DNA from: Antedon mediterranea
Taxonomy: Eukaryota > Animalia > Echinodermata
DNA length: 64,000 nt
Reading direction: 5' to 3'
Assembly (NCBI RefSeq): GCF_964355755.1
Contig: NC_092672.1
Coordinates: 32,060,437-32,124,436 of the forward strand
Part shown: positions 13,901 through 24,912 of the stretch, in pieces
Position numbering within the stretch: position 1 is the stretch's first letter
How the letters are laid out: every line of letters starts with the position of its first letter
Program-made: the position numbers and the translations under genes
Notes under the pieces: generated by a model
Database searches by the model: none
What the model saw: the letters and a program-made list of their open reading frames with translations, nothing else
What the model was told of the DNA's origin: nothing

Positions 13901-14320
13901 TGTAACCTCTTCAGTCAAAGACTGGTCTCCCAGAGGGCCCAGTTATGATCAGTTGCTGTGTTTTTTTTATTATGATTGTTGTACTTGTGCTTGCCTTTTT
14001 ATGTGCTTTTTAAACATGTATATGAATCTGAGTATACCACAAGAAAATGAATTAGGGGTAATAAAGTTTAATTGTTTGAATATAAGAGTAATTTCATAAT
14101 AAAGTATTTCCCAGCTCCTTCAACCAATCATCTTTTCGGGATTTTGTAGGTGTGTTTGAAAGCGGGAGGTGTGTGCAGCATTGACCTAGATGGTTACTAT
14201 GTTGAAAGTGTCATTTGTATTATCATTGGTTTTATATGGTATCGATTGATGGCAAAGAAAACACGACAATTACAATATCTTGATGACTCTCAGTGGAGAC
14301 TTTCTGTTTCAACAGTTTGA
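10984..14320 (+). CDS. SLC33A1: Acetyl-CoA transporter 1; exons 10984-11722, 12206-12393, 12738-12922, 13350-13470, 13647-13865, 14150-14320
   Basis: Motifs LLFLYILQGIPLGL, WPFSLKLLWAPIVD, FGRRKTWLIPTQY, ATQDIAVDGWALTML, SDPLIGGTYITLLNT and DGYYVES; phases agree. Confidence 0.96.
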
Positions 14321-15083
14321 CAGTTAGCAGAGGAGACAGTATGATGCTAGCAATACAATGCTGTATCTCCACATATAACAATATTTATCCAGTATCATAG
14401 GCAAATTCCATAATACAGCATCTCATGTGTATCACATATTTTACCTGTATCATGGTTAGGTTAAATGTTAGGTTAGGGTCTATGATACAGGTGTATATAT
14501 TTATGTATATTTGATTATTGAACAATCTTCATGATCTTTAGTTCTTACAGAAGAGGTTCATTGGCTCCTAGTTTTGAGAAATTTAGGATGTGTTTTAATT
14601 GACAAATGTTTTTAAAATTGGAGATTTTACTCAAAGACATTGATATTTGCCAAATGTTTATGGCCATTTCTATTTACGATAGTTTCAATGAATTTTTCCT
14701 AATTATATATATATTTGTTTTCAAATTAATTCATACTTAATGAATCAAAATAATTATTAAGTTTCTTAATGTTACTATTAATGAATTACTTTATATTGGA
14801 ATTCTAATTAAATAGATATATTTCAACACTTGTTTAATGTTGTTGTTAATGTTGTTATAATTTTTTTTTACTGTTTATTGGCATTTTATTGTCAACTTTT
14901 TGTCTTAGTAGAATGTCTGTTATTTGAAATGTTGATTCAAGACTCGAGGTGTTTTCTTGTGTTTGTGTCCTTTCACTCTTGCATGTGTTCCTAAAAAAAT
15001 TATTGGTTATTCATTGGTACTATGTTGTTCTGTTTCCTTAACTGCCTATTGTTCTTAACTACCTCAGTATACTATTAGTGCTA

Positions 15084-15465
15084 TCCACACCACCAAATGC
15101 TTTCGTTGTAGTTGTCTCTATTTTAAACAATATATTAATTAACCCAATTAAGTCATTGGGTGTGTGCCTAAAGAAATAAACATTGTACGTTGGTAATATT
15201 TTTGTTCTGGTTTTAAGTTTCTTTGTCTTATTCTAACTAAAGACCTCTCTTACCACTAAAATCTCTAGGTGTGTGGCGTGGTCTCTATTTTAAACAATAT
15301 ATTAATTCCTTGGGTGTTTGCCTAAAAAAATTGAACATTGTTTAATATTTTTGTTCTGGTTTTAAATTTTTTTGATTCTTTTTCTCAAATCAAATACCCC
15401 TCTTACCACCAACGTTTATTCTTTAGCAGTTGTTTGGTGGTGGTCTCTGTATTTTAACAATATAT
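15084..15465. repeat. Degenerate tandem repeat, unit ~165 bp, 2-2.5 copies
   Basis: GTCTCT(A/G)T..T.AACAATATATT recurs near 15114, 15281 and 15443; AATATTTTTGTTCTGGTTTTAA occurs twice. Confidence 0.7.
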
Positions 15466-15767
15466 TTAGATTGTTAAGGTCTATTGAATACACTAGTTAA
15501 AGATGTAGCGAAAACCCAATAAGGTTTCAAATAAAATCCCAAATCCTTCATTTCAAGACCATGATTTGCAATGTTTACATGTACATGGTGCTGCTGTGTT
15601 CTTTTTGTATCCTAGGACCATGATTTTGTAACTATGGATGTACGTATCTGAAATAATAATAGTAAAATGAAAGTGAATAACACTAAATCACAAATACAAT
15701 CATTTTCCCTTCATATTCCAATTCTCTTGGTATTTTCTGTACAAGGTCCTACATAAATATTGCTACT

Positions 15768-16233
15768 TAGTTCGGACAATGATACACAAACTCGTGGTAG
15801 TTGCTTTAACCGTTCTTTATTCTTCGGTAAAGTCTGAAACACAAATAAACTCAATGAAAACACGCACAAGGCAGCACAGCTGCGTGTGCAAACAACCCCG
15901 CAAAACAGCATAGCAGATACATACATACAGTCAAACTACTACTAGTAGCACTACACGAGGGCTAGCTAGGCTAGGCAGGCTTATGGCCAATTAGCTGATC
16001 GAAACACTTAACTAAATAGCCTAACAAATAATTTTTATATCCAAGTCAAGAACATTAACACAACTTAAAGGTTATAATAACGTACGTAGTACTCCCACGT
16101 ATCACTGTCAGAAATAAGAAAGTTACAGTATCTACTATTAGATAATAAGCGTTATAATTATCTTGCTGACAATTCTGCGTACAATCAAATAAAATATTTA
16201 CGCCACCAACGTCAAAGTTCGAAATCCGAAACA
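15768..16233 (-). repeat. 3' LTR
   Basis: Matches 21942-22407 except for one difference I saw near the terminus; minus-strand TATAAAA and AATAAA present. Confidence 0.96.
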
Positions 16234-16361
16234 CTCCCGCCTCGTGACAAATTGACATGAGTCACAGTACATATTTCGAAAAATAACCACAACAAATTAA
16301 TTAAAATTAAATGCAGTAATTAAATGTTCACGACTCAAGTAGTTACATAATAAAGCATTCC

Positions 16362-19300
16362 TTATTTAGAAGAAAACCCGTGGTTAAGTTCTCCCACAGT
16401 TGCAATCAAACACAACTTATGTACAGGCCTTTCCTTAATACTTATATTCGATCTTTCAACAGTTTTAATCATGGCCTTCCGAACGAGATTGTCCTTCCCT
16501 GGCTTCACATCCACAACTATTCCCCGTCGCCAATGTCCACGTGGTGCTGCAACCCCCTTTAATCCAGGTTCCAGTACTAGCACTAAATCTCCAATCTGCA
16601 AATTTTCTCTTGGGTGAAACCACTTTGAACGTTGTACTAATTGAGGTGGCATATAACACATCCAACAATCCCAGAATGCATGAACACGTCGTTGTGCGAT
16701 GTCGACAATACTCTTCTGATTCGTTACCACTTCCAAGTTCGGTTGCAAGAGTACGGGTTGTCCATGTGGAAATAGAATATCATTACCAGTAATTGGCGGT
16801 GATTCAAGTGGATCAGGCCCATCCGGAAACAATGGTCGTGAGTTTATAAGATAAGTCACTTCACTCAAAATAGTCTGCCATTCAAGGGCACTAAAACGGC
16901 GATGATGGTAATCGACTACGGCATCTAGACCTTTACGGCAACTCCTTATAAGCGATTCGACAACTCCATTCATGTGAGAAGCGTAAGGAGTATTGAACTG
17001 CCAGTCGAAAGATGTATTGGTTTTCCTGAATTCCATCTTTAATTTTAGTTCGTCCCATGATTTGATCCAATCTCTCAACTTCTGCTGAGCGCCGACGAAA
17101 TTGCGGCCATGGTCACTAAAGGCGGTTACTGGGTGGATCCCCCGCGAGCAGACAAATCGTCTCCAAGCATTAATAAATGATTCTGATGATAGAGAATCCA
17201 CTAATTCTAATGAGATAACTCGTGTGGTCATGCAGGTCACTATCAGAATGTTACCTTCTGTATTGGTATTACGAGTGAGCTTGATAGAAATCGGTCCAAA
17301 GAAATCAAGAGCTACGTTACAAAAGGGTGGTGTATGCGGATCGCCTCTAAAACTGGGAAGTTCTCCCATTTGTTGGCTAAGTAAACTCCTACGTCGAGTT
17401 CGACAGAACATACATTTGGCAGCAATATCTTTAAACAATTTGGGTCCTCCGAGTATGTAAATTCCACGTTTAAATGTGCTTGCAACAGCCACTCGGTATC
17501 CCTGATGACCAATCGTCTTATGAATATATTTGGCAAACAACTCTACCAGAAATGATCCTCTACGAAGAAGAATCGGCCGTTTTTGTTGTTCAGGGATATG
17601 AAGCTTGTTAAGTCTTCCCTCGACCCTTATCATACCACTCTCGTCCACTTTAGGGTTTAGCTTTCTAGTACTCCAAGCATCCAAACGATCGTTCGCAGTG
17701 CGCTGAGAAACGTAGAAGAGTGAAAATTCAGCCCTTTGCAGTTCGTCGGCAGTCAAAAAGAGGGTTTCTGGTCGCCTTTTTAAAATGAATCGACGACAGT
17801 ATGCTATTCGGTGAACCAGCCTAGTCCAATTTGACACGGTGTTGACCAACAGGTCTTCAAATGTAGGCCTACCTCTGACAGCTGTAACATAATTCGTTTT
17901 GCGTAGAGACTCCGTTGTGTACTCCTTTACAACCATTTGTTTTAACTCTGTGTCATAGTCGGGTTCATAGTTTGGCCATTGGTTAGAACTTTGAAAAAGA
18001 AAATCTGGGCCTTGAATCCATTTCTGAAGGTCACTTGGGTATATTGGCTTGGTTAACTGATCCGCTGGATTGATGTTAGAAGGGATGTAACATAAGTCAT
18101 CAATAAATGTTGGAAGTGTATCCTGAATCTCTTGAACACGAGCAGACACAAACGGTTTGAAGGTCCTGGCGGGTGACCTAACCCAAGACAGGACAACTTT
18201 CGAGTCGGTCCAGAACTTGCATAGACTAACATCTCCTACCACTTCTAAGACAAGTTTAGCGAGTCGAGCCATGACAACAACTGCAGTTAACTCTAATCTT
18301 GGAATTGATCTTTTCTTTAACGGTGCAACTAGAGCCTTTGCTATAACGTATGTCAATTTAACTCCTGCTGGGGTATCCCAACGCAGCCAGATGACAGAAC
18401 CAAATGCAGCTTCACTAGCATCACTGAAACAGTGTAACTGAGGGTAAGCAATAGAATCCTCAGGCGTTAGCTGACGTGGAATTTCGAATCCCACAAGATG
18501 ATTCATCTCCTTTATAAAACCTTTCCACATAGTTGTTTGCTCATCATCAAACACGTCGTCCCAATCAAGCCTAGCTGCCCAAATCTCCTGGAGTCCAATT
18601 TTATAACGAATACTCACAGGGCTCAACATTCCTAATGGATCCCACAACCTGGCAACAAGACTGGAAACTTTTCTTTTGGTAAGTGGAGTCTGTTCTTCAT
18701 CGAATCTATCAAGTTGAATTGTTACAGTGTCATCTAGCTTATTCCACAAGTGGCCTAAAACACGTGTGTGCTTCTCTTCAGGGCACTGGTCTACCATCGG
18801 ATGGTTAGAATGCCACACTTTGATTTCGAAAGATCCCTTTCTTAGAATACGAGTAACCTGCTCAACTGCCTCAACTGCATCGTTCGGTTTTGTAAATGAG
18901 TCGGTTATATCATCCATGTACATACGATCTTTGATCCTAAGAGCCCCTATAGGATCTGAATCGGCGTTAGCCTCAGCTAGTAAACGAACGGCCATCATAG
19001 AAATGTCCGGTGCTGGTTTGTCCCCAAACGGCAAACGCAACCACTGAAAATACCTAATATCCTTTGAGGTATCACCAAATCGCCAGACAAAACGATGAAA
19101 CTTTTGATCACGCACTGATAATGCAATCTGGTTAAACATCTTCCGAACGTCTCCAGCTATGGCAATTCCGTACTTCCGCCAGTATAGAAAGCATGTCACA
19201 AGTGAGTTTAGGAAATCTGGCCCTTTGTGGAATCCGTCGTTGAGACACAACCCGTTAAACTTAGTAGCGGAATTCCATACAATTCGAATCTTCGTTGTCT

Positions 19301-22100
19301 TGTGTTGCTGATGGACAGCATGGTGTTGAAGGTACCATCCTTCATTTCTGTCTTCACTTGGCGTAAGCTCACGCGTAAATCCATTGTCAAGGAGAGCTTG
19401 AATTTCATCATTGTAGTCATTGATTTGCTTGTTTTTTAGCAACCTAGCCTCATGTGAAATCATCCTCGTCACGGCTTGTACTCTATTACAGTCTAGAGAC
19501 TCAGGAAATCCATCCTTCCATGGCATTTCCACGGTAATGCGGCCCTTCTCATTTATTTGGAGATTTTTTCTACAATGTTTGATAAACTGAGATTCAGCGA
19601 TCTCCCTATCTGTACATGTACACAAGGTTGTTGGTTTAACTCCAATGACATCGGATGTATATAAAAGCTGGGAGTCGTCCATGAAAGTTACGTTTGTGAT
19701 GTGGCTGATGACATTGGAAGTTGGCTTTGGAATGGTTTGTCCAATAATTGTCCAACCTAGAGCACTTTTTGCCGCAGTTGGCGATGTATCAGGATCAGTT
19801 AATGAACGTATTGTTTTCAGTGGTGTAGTAAGACTTTGATAGTCGTATCCAATGAGTAAGTCGATCTCGGCTTCCTCCGCAGGCAAATGTTCTTTAACTA
19901 CCGTTAAATGAGGGTGTTCGTCAAAGATATCTTCGCCAACAGATGGGCTATCATGGGCAGGCTTTTGTACACTAATTGCAACCAAGTCGTATGCTTTCAA
20001 TTCCTGTAGTGGTCTGACTCGAAGTTGATACCTTGCACTGTTTTCTTGTACGATGCCCCCTCCGGCCACGCCATAAGTAAATACAAAGGGCAGTCCGTTT
20101 AAGCCTAGACTTTCAGCGGTGGAGCACTTGACCAGAGTGGTATCAGCACCACTATCAAAGAATGCGACAGCTTTCTGCCAATTGCCCTCGTTGTCTTGTA
20201 TCTCGACATATGTAGTCGGTGAGTAGCGACGACGTTCGGCATGCCTCGTCGAATTCATTTTCGAAATTGTCTGGTTCGTTGATGGAGGCAAAGACACGAA
20301 TGGATTTTGACTGGGCCCTGCTACAGTCTGACGTAGACTTGGGTTTGCTCCCGCCTGAACTATCTGAGGTGAATTTATTGACGTTTTATCTAAATTCATA
20401 TTTGAAACAGTTTGGTTAGTTGATGCTGGCAAATATATGAATGGATTCTGACCTAAGTTGGTTCCTACCTGGTTTTCGTGGCGTACAATTGGCCGTAGAT
20501 TTGTGTTCGCTCCCGCCTGTGTTTTTGGTGACATTTGGCTTTGACAGAAACCATCTGCGTTGTTAATTCTCAAAGTGCGATTGGGTGGGCAAGCAATCAG
20601 TCGGTGGTGAAATAGTTGACATACAGAGCAGCGTTTTTTGTCATGTCTGGGGCATCTGAACGCACTGTGATTTGTGCGAAAACATAGGAAACATCTTCTA
20701 GCTTCCATTATCATTAACCGTCTCTCTTCGTTAGATTTTGAGTTAAAATTAGGGCACTTTATAATCAAGTGACGTGAGTGGTCAGTGCAGAAAGGACAAT
20801 CATCCGTGCTAGTTTCAGCACCTTTAAAATTAGATTTCGGTGGGAATTGGGTAGTATTTTCAAGTGTACTAATTTGTCCTGTAATGTGATGAGTAGATGC
20901 ATTTTGATCGCCAAACATATGAGGTTGCTCTCGACGTTCCCTTGCTTCCGTTTCACTTCGTAAGAATGAGATCAAACTTGGTATTGTCGGCTCATCTTGC
21001 TTTATCTGCCGCATGTATTCGAAACTTAATTCAGCATCGATTTTCTGACTCGCTAGTTCAACAACTACTGACGATGAGAGTTCTAATTCTTTTCCAAGTT
21101 CACGCATTCGTCTTGCAAAGTCTGTGAGTCCATTCAAAACAGGCCGCATTTCCTTTGCTGTTGCTGACTTCATTGGCTTCAACATCTGAAGTGTCAGAAT
21201 AACATCACGAACAATAGCTGAAGTCGGGACCTTTTCCTTCAGACGAGCCCAAGCTCCATTATCACCTTCAACAGAACAGCAATCAGCAATATGATCTTGA
21301 ATAGATTTGGGTAACGCATCACCATTGAGCAAAATCATCAATTTTTCTTGGTCACCTTTAATACCAGCAGATTCGAAGTATTGGTCAATTCGTACATGCC
21401 AAGAATGGAAGTTTCTTGGAGATCCATCCCACCGTGGGGCTGGGAGTCCTGGTGTTTTAATTGAAGGCCGTTTGTTGTCTGAGCCGTTTCCGTTCAATTT
21501 TATTGTAAGCTGTGCCACCATGTCAGACTGAGCTTTAATTAATTTTATCATCTCTTCATCTTTTCCTGCTGCAGTTGGCTCACCTTGGGAAGAATGAGCG
21601 GTTTGCTCATTCCTTGAAAACCTTCTGTACTCTTGATATTTTTTCTCCACGTCATCAGCTGCTGACATTAGTTCTGCATGTAGACGTGTAGTAGTGTTAG
21701 TCTCATCAGGTGGTTTGACAACATCCATAGCGTCAAGTAAGTCGGTTATCTTTCGAATTTTCTTTTGTATATGGTCGAATGCCACTTTAACCAGTTCCGG
21801 TTCGTCTCGGTCGAGAACACGGGTAAAACGGTCCCTTGCCCTCGTTAGATGACCTTTAAACGAACGGTGTTTGACCTCGAGCTCTTCGAAGCTGAGGTCG
21901 ATGAACGTATTTTCCTCCATTATTAAGGGATTACACTTTACTAATTCGGACAATGATACACAAACTCGTGGTAGTTGCTTTAACCGTTCTTTATTCTTCG
22001 GTAAAGTCTGAAACACAAATAAACTCAATGAAAACACGCACAAGGCAGCACAGCTGCGTGTGCAAACAACCCCGCAAAACAGCATAGCAGATACATACAT
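16362..22100 (-). CDS. BEL/Pao Gag-Pol polyprotein; more likely start is MEENTF near 21920
   Basis: Three Cys/His knuckles (CPFC..H..C, CFLC..H..C, CSVC..HH), protease FFDSGAD, RT YMDD, RNase H FSDAS, integrase H-H-C-C plus LDFFGP/SDHGRNF/E, and C-terminal RPVHKL. PR-RT-RH-IN order with these motifs is typical of BEL/Pao. Confidence 0.96.
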   Translation of the reverse strand: MYVSAMLFCGVVCTRSCAALCVFSLSLFVFQTLPKNKERLKQLPRVCVSLSELVKCNPLIMEENTFIDLSFEELEVKHRSFKGHLTRARDRFTRVLDRDEPELVKVAFDHIQKKIRKITDLLDAMDVVKPPDETNTTTRLHAELMSAADDVEKKYQEYRRFSRNEQTAHSSQGEPTAAGKDEEMIKLIKAQSDMVAQLTIKLNGNGSDNKRPSIKTPGLPAPRWDGSPRNFHSWHVRIDQYFESAGIKGDQEKLMILLNGDALPKSIQDHIADCCSVEGDNGAWARLKEKVPTSAIVRDVILTLQMLKPMKSATAKEMRPVLNGLTDFARRMRELGKELELSSSVVVELASQKIDAELSFEYMRQIKQDEPTIPSLISFLRSETEARERREQPHMFGDQNASTHHITGQISTLENTTQFPPKSNFKGAETSTDDCPFCTDHSRHLIIKCPNFNSKSNEERRLMIMEARRCFLCFRTNHSAFRCPRHDKKRCSVCQLFHHRLIACPPNRTLRINNADGFCQSQMSPKTQAGANTNLRPIVRHENQVGTNLGQNPFIYLPASTNQTVSNMNLDKTSINSPQIVQAGANPSLRQTVAGPSQNPFVSLPPSTNQTISKMNSTRHAERRRYSPTTYVEIQDNEGNWQKAVAFFDSGADTTLVKCSTAESLGLNGLPFVFTYGVAGGGIVQENSARYQLRVRPLQELKAYDLVAISVQKPAHDSPSVGEDIFDEHPHLTVVKEHLPAEEAEIDLLIGYDYQSLTTPLKTIRSLTDPDTSPTAAKSALGWTIIGQTIPKPTSNVISHITNVTFMDDSQLLYTSDVIGVKPTTLCTCTDREIAESQFIKHCRKNLQINEKGRITVEMPWKDGFPESLDCNRVQAVTRMISHEARLLKNKQINDYNDEIQALLDNGFTRELTPSEDRNEGWYLQHHAVHQQHKTTKIRIVWNSATKFNGLCLNDGFHKGPDFLNSLVTCFLYWRKYGIAIAGDVRKMFNQIALSVRDQKFHRFVWRFGDTSKDIRYFQWLRLPFGDKPAPDISMMAVRLLAEANADSDPIGALRIKDRMYMDDITDSFTKPNDAVEAVEQVTRILRKGSFEIKVWHSNHPMVDQCPEEKHTRVLGHLWNKLDDTVTIQLDRFDEEQTPLTKRKVSSLVARLWDPLGMLSPVSIRYKIGLQEIWAARLDWDDVFDDEQTTMWKGFIKEMNHLVGFEIPRQLTPEDSIAYPQLHCFSDASEAAFGSVIWLRWDTPAGVKLTYVIAKALVAPLKKRSIPRLELTAVVVMARLAKLVLEVVGDVSLCKFWTDSKVVLSWVRSPARTFKPFVSARVQEIQDTLPTFIDDLCYIPSNINPADQLTKPIYPSDLQKWIQGPDFLFQSSNQWPNYEPDYDTELKQMVVKEYTTESLRKTNYVTAVRGRPTFEDLLVNTVSNWTRLVHRIAYCRRFILKRRPETLFLTADELQRAEFSLFYVSQRTANDRLDAWSTRKLNPKVDESGMIRVEGRLNKLHIPEQQKRPILLRRGSFLVELFAKYIHKTIGHQGYRVAVASTFKRGIYILGGPKLFKDIAAKCMFCRTRRRSLLSQQMGELPSFRGDPHTPPFCNVALDFFGPISIKLTRNTNTEGNILIVTCMTTRVISLELVDSLSSESFINAWRRFVCSRGIHPVTAFSDHGRNFVGAQQKLRDWIKSWDELKLKMEFRKTNTSFDWQFNTPYASHMNGVVESLIRSCRKGLDAVVDYHHRRFSALEWQTILSEVTYLINSRPLFPDGPDPLESPPITGNDILFPHGQPVLLQPNLEVVTNQKSIVDIAQRRVHAFWDCWMCYMPPQLVQRSKWFHPRENLQIGDLVLVLEPGLKGVAAPRGHWRRGIVVDVKPGKDNLVRKAMIKTVERSNISIKERPVHKLCLIATVGELNHGFSSK

Positions 22101-22407
22101 ACAGTCAAACTACTACTAGTAGCACTACACGAGGGCTAGCTAGGCTAGGCAGGCTTATGGCCAATTAGCTGATCGAAACACTTAACTAAATAGCCTAACA
22201 AATAATTTTTATATCCAAGTCAAGAACATTAACACAACTTAAAGGTTATAATAACGTACGTAGTACTCCCACGTATCACTGTCAGAAATAAGAAAGTTAC
22301 AGTATCTACTATTAGATAATAAGCGTTATAATTATCTTGCTGACAATTCTGCGTACAATCAAATAAAATATTTACGCCACCAACGTCAAAGTTCGAAATC
22401 CGAAACA
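21942..22407 (-). repeat. 5' LTR
   Basis: Direct repeat of 15768-16233; on the minus strand begins TGTTTCGGA and ends TCCGAATTA. Confidence 0.96.
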
Positions 22408-23319
22408 CTACTTATCCAGAGTTATAGTTGTTTAAAATGACATTGTTGTACAGTGATTATGATTTTAAAATAAATATACAATATTAGGCCTATATATATT
22501 TTTTAAAAATTAAATTGATTATATTTGATTAATCAGTTCAATTTTGTTTTTAGTGAAAGTTAAATAATATAATAAATAAAATCTGAACAAATGATATTTT
22601 TAGTATAAACAAGAAATAAAATTGTGTTTAAATATTAATATTAATTTCAATATTTCATTTTTGGCGTTCCATACACACCAATAATTTTCACGCATGAATG
22701 CACATCATATAAATAAATTACTGTAATGTATGTAGGCCTATTGTGAAAAGGATTGAGTCGTTGTCAAGATGGTCGTTGTCAAGATGGTCGTTGTAAAAGG
22801 AGTAAAAACCAAATTTGTGTGGAAGTTAAAGTGAATATTTTTTAGTAGAATAATTTGGACGGTATGTTAACCATTTTGTAGTATAGTTAGTAATTAAAAA
22901 TGCTAGGCCATACTACTGTTTGTCATGATTATGAGCAGAGCCTGATAATCCTCCATCATGAGCAGAGAAGAGTGATTTCGTTTATTAGTACTGTAGGCGG
23001 ACCTCCAGACAGCCCCCAGCCCATGATGCAATGGAGCCACAATCATCATAAATGTCATGTAATGATAGGATAGGAGTAGCATTACATTGTAGTCTGTAGG
23101 CCTACTGTAGGCTTTAAATACTGCACACACATGGAGAAAATGATAATTGAATCAACATATATAACTAGCTAGGCCTATGATATGAAACTGTAACTAAAGT
23201 ACAAGTCTTCTGTAATAATTTGCTAGTTTACCTCCATGGTCCAGGTCTATAGTTAGTACTAGAATATTACTATACTACTGACTGTGTAAAATGTTAAAAT
23301 TTCATTTACAGGGACACAT

Positions 23320-24912
23320 ATGTTGGCCAAAAAATTTGCAAAATTTTGGTTGGATCGTTCTAAGAGTCCGAAAAAAGGTGAAGATGAGATCGACAATCAA
23401 GGACACGGAGAAACAGAAGATGACCTTTTGGCGGCAAAGTTTGCAAAACGAAAAATGGAAAGTAAACAACTTGCCGCTAAAATTAGACAAGAACAAAAAG
23501 AAGCAGAAGAGTTACTGATTGAGCGGAAACAGAAGTATGAAGATAAACAAGAGTTAATGACGAAGCTAAAAGAATACAATGACCAGAACGTGAAACTTGA
23601 AGAGGACCAAGAAGAACAAAGGAAGCAGTTGATGGAAACTCTCCTGAAAGAAAATGAGGATCGTAGGGCGAAATTTGATGGAACGTCTGAACAAAGAGAA
23701 CTGCTTTGTGGACAGTTGAATCAGCAGAAAATGGATGATCAGAAAGAGATAATGATGAAATTGGAAAAAGAAGCCGACTTAAACAAGTTAAAACTGGAAC
23801 AACAAATCAACAACAACCAAGAGTTTTTGATGTCTAGTAGTAAACAAGAAAGTAATGTTGCTAAACCAAATTTTCATCGGCAAATGAGTGACGATAGAGA
23901 CAATTTAGAAACATTGTTTACGCAGGGTGATGAATTTTTGAAAAACAAAAAGAAACAAGTTGATATAGAGAGAAAAAACTTTGAAATTAACCTTCAACAA
24001 AAAGTTGAAAAAAGTCAGTCTGATCAAAAGGAAAATGCAATCAAAAAGAAAGAGTTGCTTTCTGATTTAAAGACGTTAGATGAAAAGAAACGAAAAGAAC
24101 TGAAAGAAAGAGAAATCAAGAAGGAGGAATTGATGCTGAAAATGAAACAAGAAAGAGAAGAGAATGCAGCGAAATTGAAACTGAGAGAAGATGAAAAACA
24201 GAAAATGATGCATATTTTAAAGCAACAACAAGAAGATACTAAATTGAAATTAGATAAAGGGGAAGCCAGGAAAAAAGAATTCTTTGGTAATTTGCTAAAA
24301 CACAAAGATGATGTACAACAAGATTTGTTAAATAAATTCCAGAAAGGAGCCAAAGATATGAGTTTAAGTATAAAACAGAGAGATGAAGAAAAAAGGGATG
24401 AAAAAAAACAAGTACGGCAGTTATATGAAAACAGAATAATGGAGATGCAACAAATGGGAGAAGAAATGAAGCAAACGATGGCAGAACAAAAAGGAAAGGA
24501 TGCAGAGAATGAGATTCTAATCCAGAAGAGACGACAACTAGTGAAAACATCAAGCCTCACAGAAAGCAGCAGTGAAGTCTCAAGTGTATTGGTCACGAAA
24601 CTGAAGAAACTGGAAGAGGAAAGAGGTCAGTTATCTCTCCTGATAAAACAGGCTAACGAGGAGAATCAATTGATGATGAGCAAAGTGGTTAAGACCGGAC
24701 ATGATGGTCCAATGATTTCACTCGAAAGACAAGACGAAATGGATGAATTGTTAAAGAAACTGAGACAAAAAGATGAACAGAAGAAAGAAATAACGGCTAC
24801 TGTAACTATCAGAGATTCTTGTGATGAAGGGGATTTACGTGCACGGTTTAAAAGAAGATCTACAGAAAATGATCTCTTGATATCCAGAATAAAACAAGGA
24901 AATGAATATTAG
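23320..24912 (+). CDS. Uncharacterised K/E/Q-rich coiled-coil protein, 530 aa, single coding exon
   Basis: 1.6-kb ORF; acceptor TTTACAG ends at 23311 just before the ATG; candidate upstream non-coding exon with donor GTATG at 22862; charged helical composition. Confidence 0.75.
   Translation: MLAKKFAKFWLDRSKSPKKGEDEIDNQGHGETEDDLLAAKFAKRKMESKQLAAKIRQEQKEAEELLIERKQKYEDKQELMTKLKEYNDQNVKLEEDQEEQRKQLMETLLKENEDRRAKFDGTSEQRELLCGQLNQQKMDDQKEIMMKLEKEADLNKLKLEQQINNNQEFLMSSSKQESNVAKPNFHRQMSDDRDNLETLFTQGDEFLKNKKKQVDIERKNFEINLQQKVEKSQSDQKENAIKKKELLSDLKTLDEKKRKELKEREIKKEELMLKMKQEREENAAKLKLREDEKQKMMHILKQQQEDTKLKLDKGEARKKEFFGNLLKHKDDVQQDLLNKFQKGAKDMSLSIKQRDEEKRDEKKQVRQLYENRIMEMQQMGEEMKQTMAEQKGKDAENEILIQKRRQLVKTSSLTESSSEVSSVLVTKLKKLEEERGQLSLLIKQANEENQLMMSKVVKTGHDGPMISLERQDEMDELLKKLRQKDEQKKEITATVTIRDSCDEGDLRARFKRRSTENDLLISRIKQGNEY

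Larger units (their letters stand above)
15768..22407 (-). mobile_element. Full-length BEL/Pao LTR retrotransposon with 5-bp TSD CTACT
   Basis: 466-bp direct repeats at 15768-16233 and 21942-22407; TSD CTACT at 15763-15767 and 22408-22412; polypurine tract GAGGCGGGAG beside the 3' LTR; one uninterrupted gag-pol ORF. Confidence 0.97.

Noticed and set aside
15711-15926. 71-aa ORF identical to the polyprotein N-terminus
   Set aside because: It is the 3' LTR copy running into flanking DNA.
24024-24596. 190-aa Phe/Ser-rich minus-strand ORF
   Set aside because: Antisense shadow of the K/E-rich coiled-coil gene.
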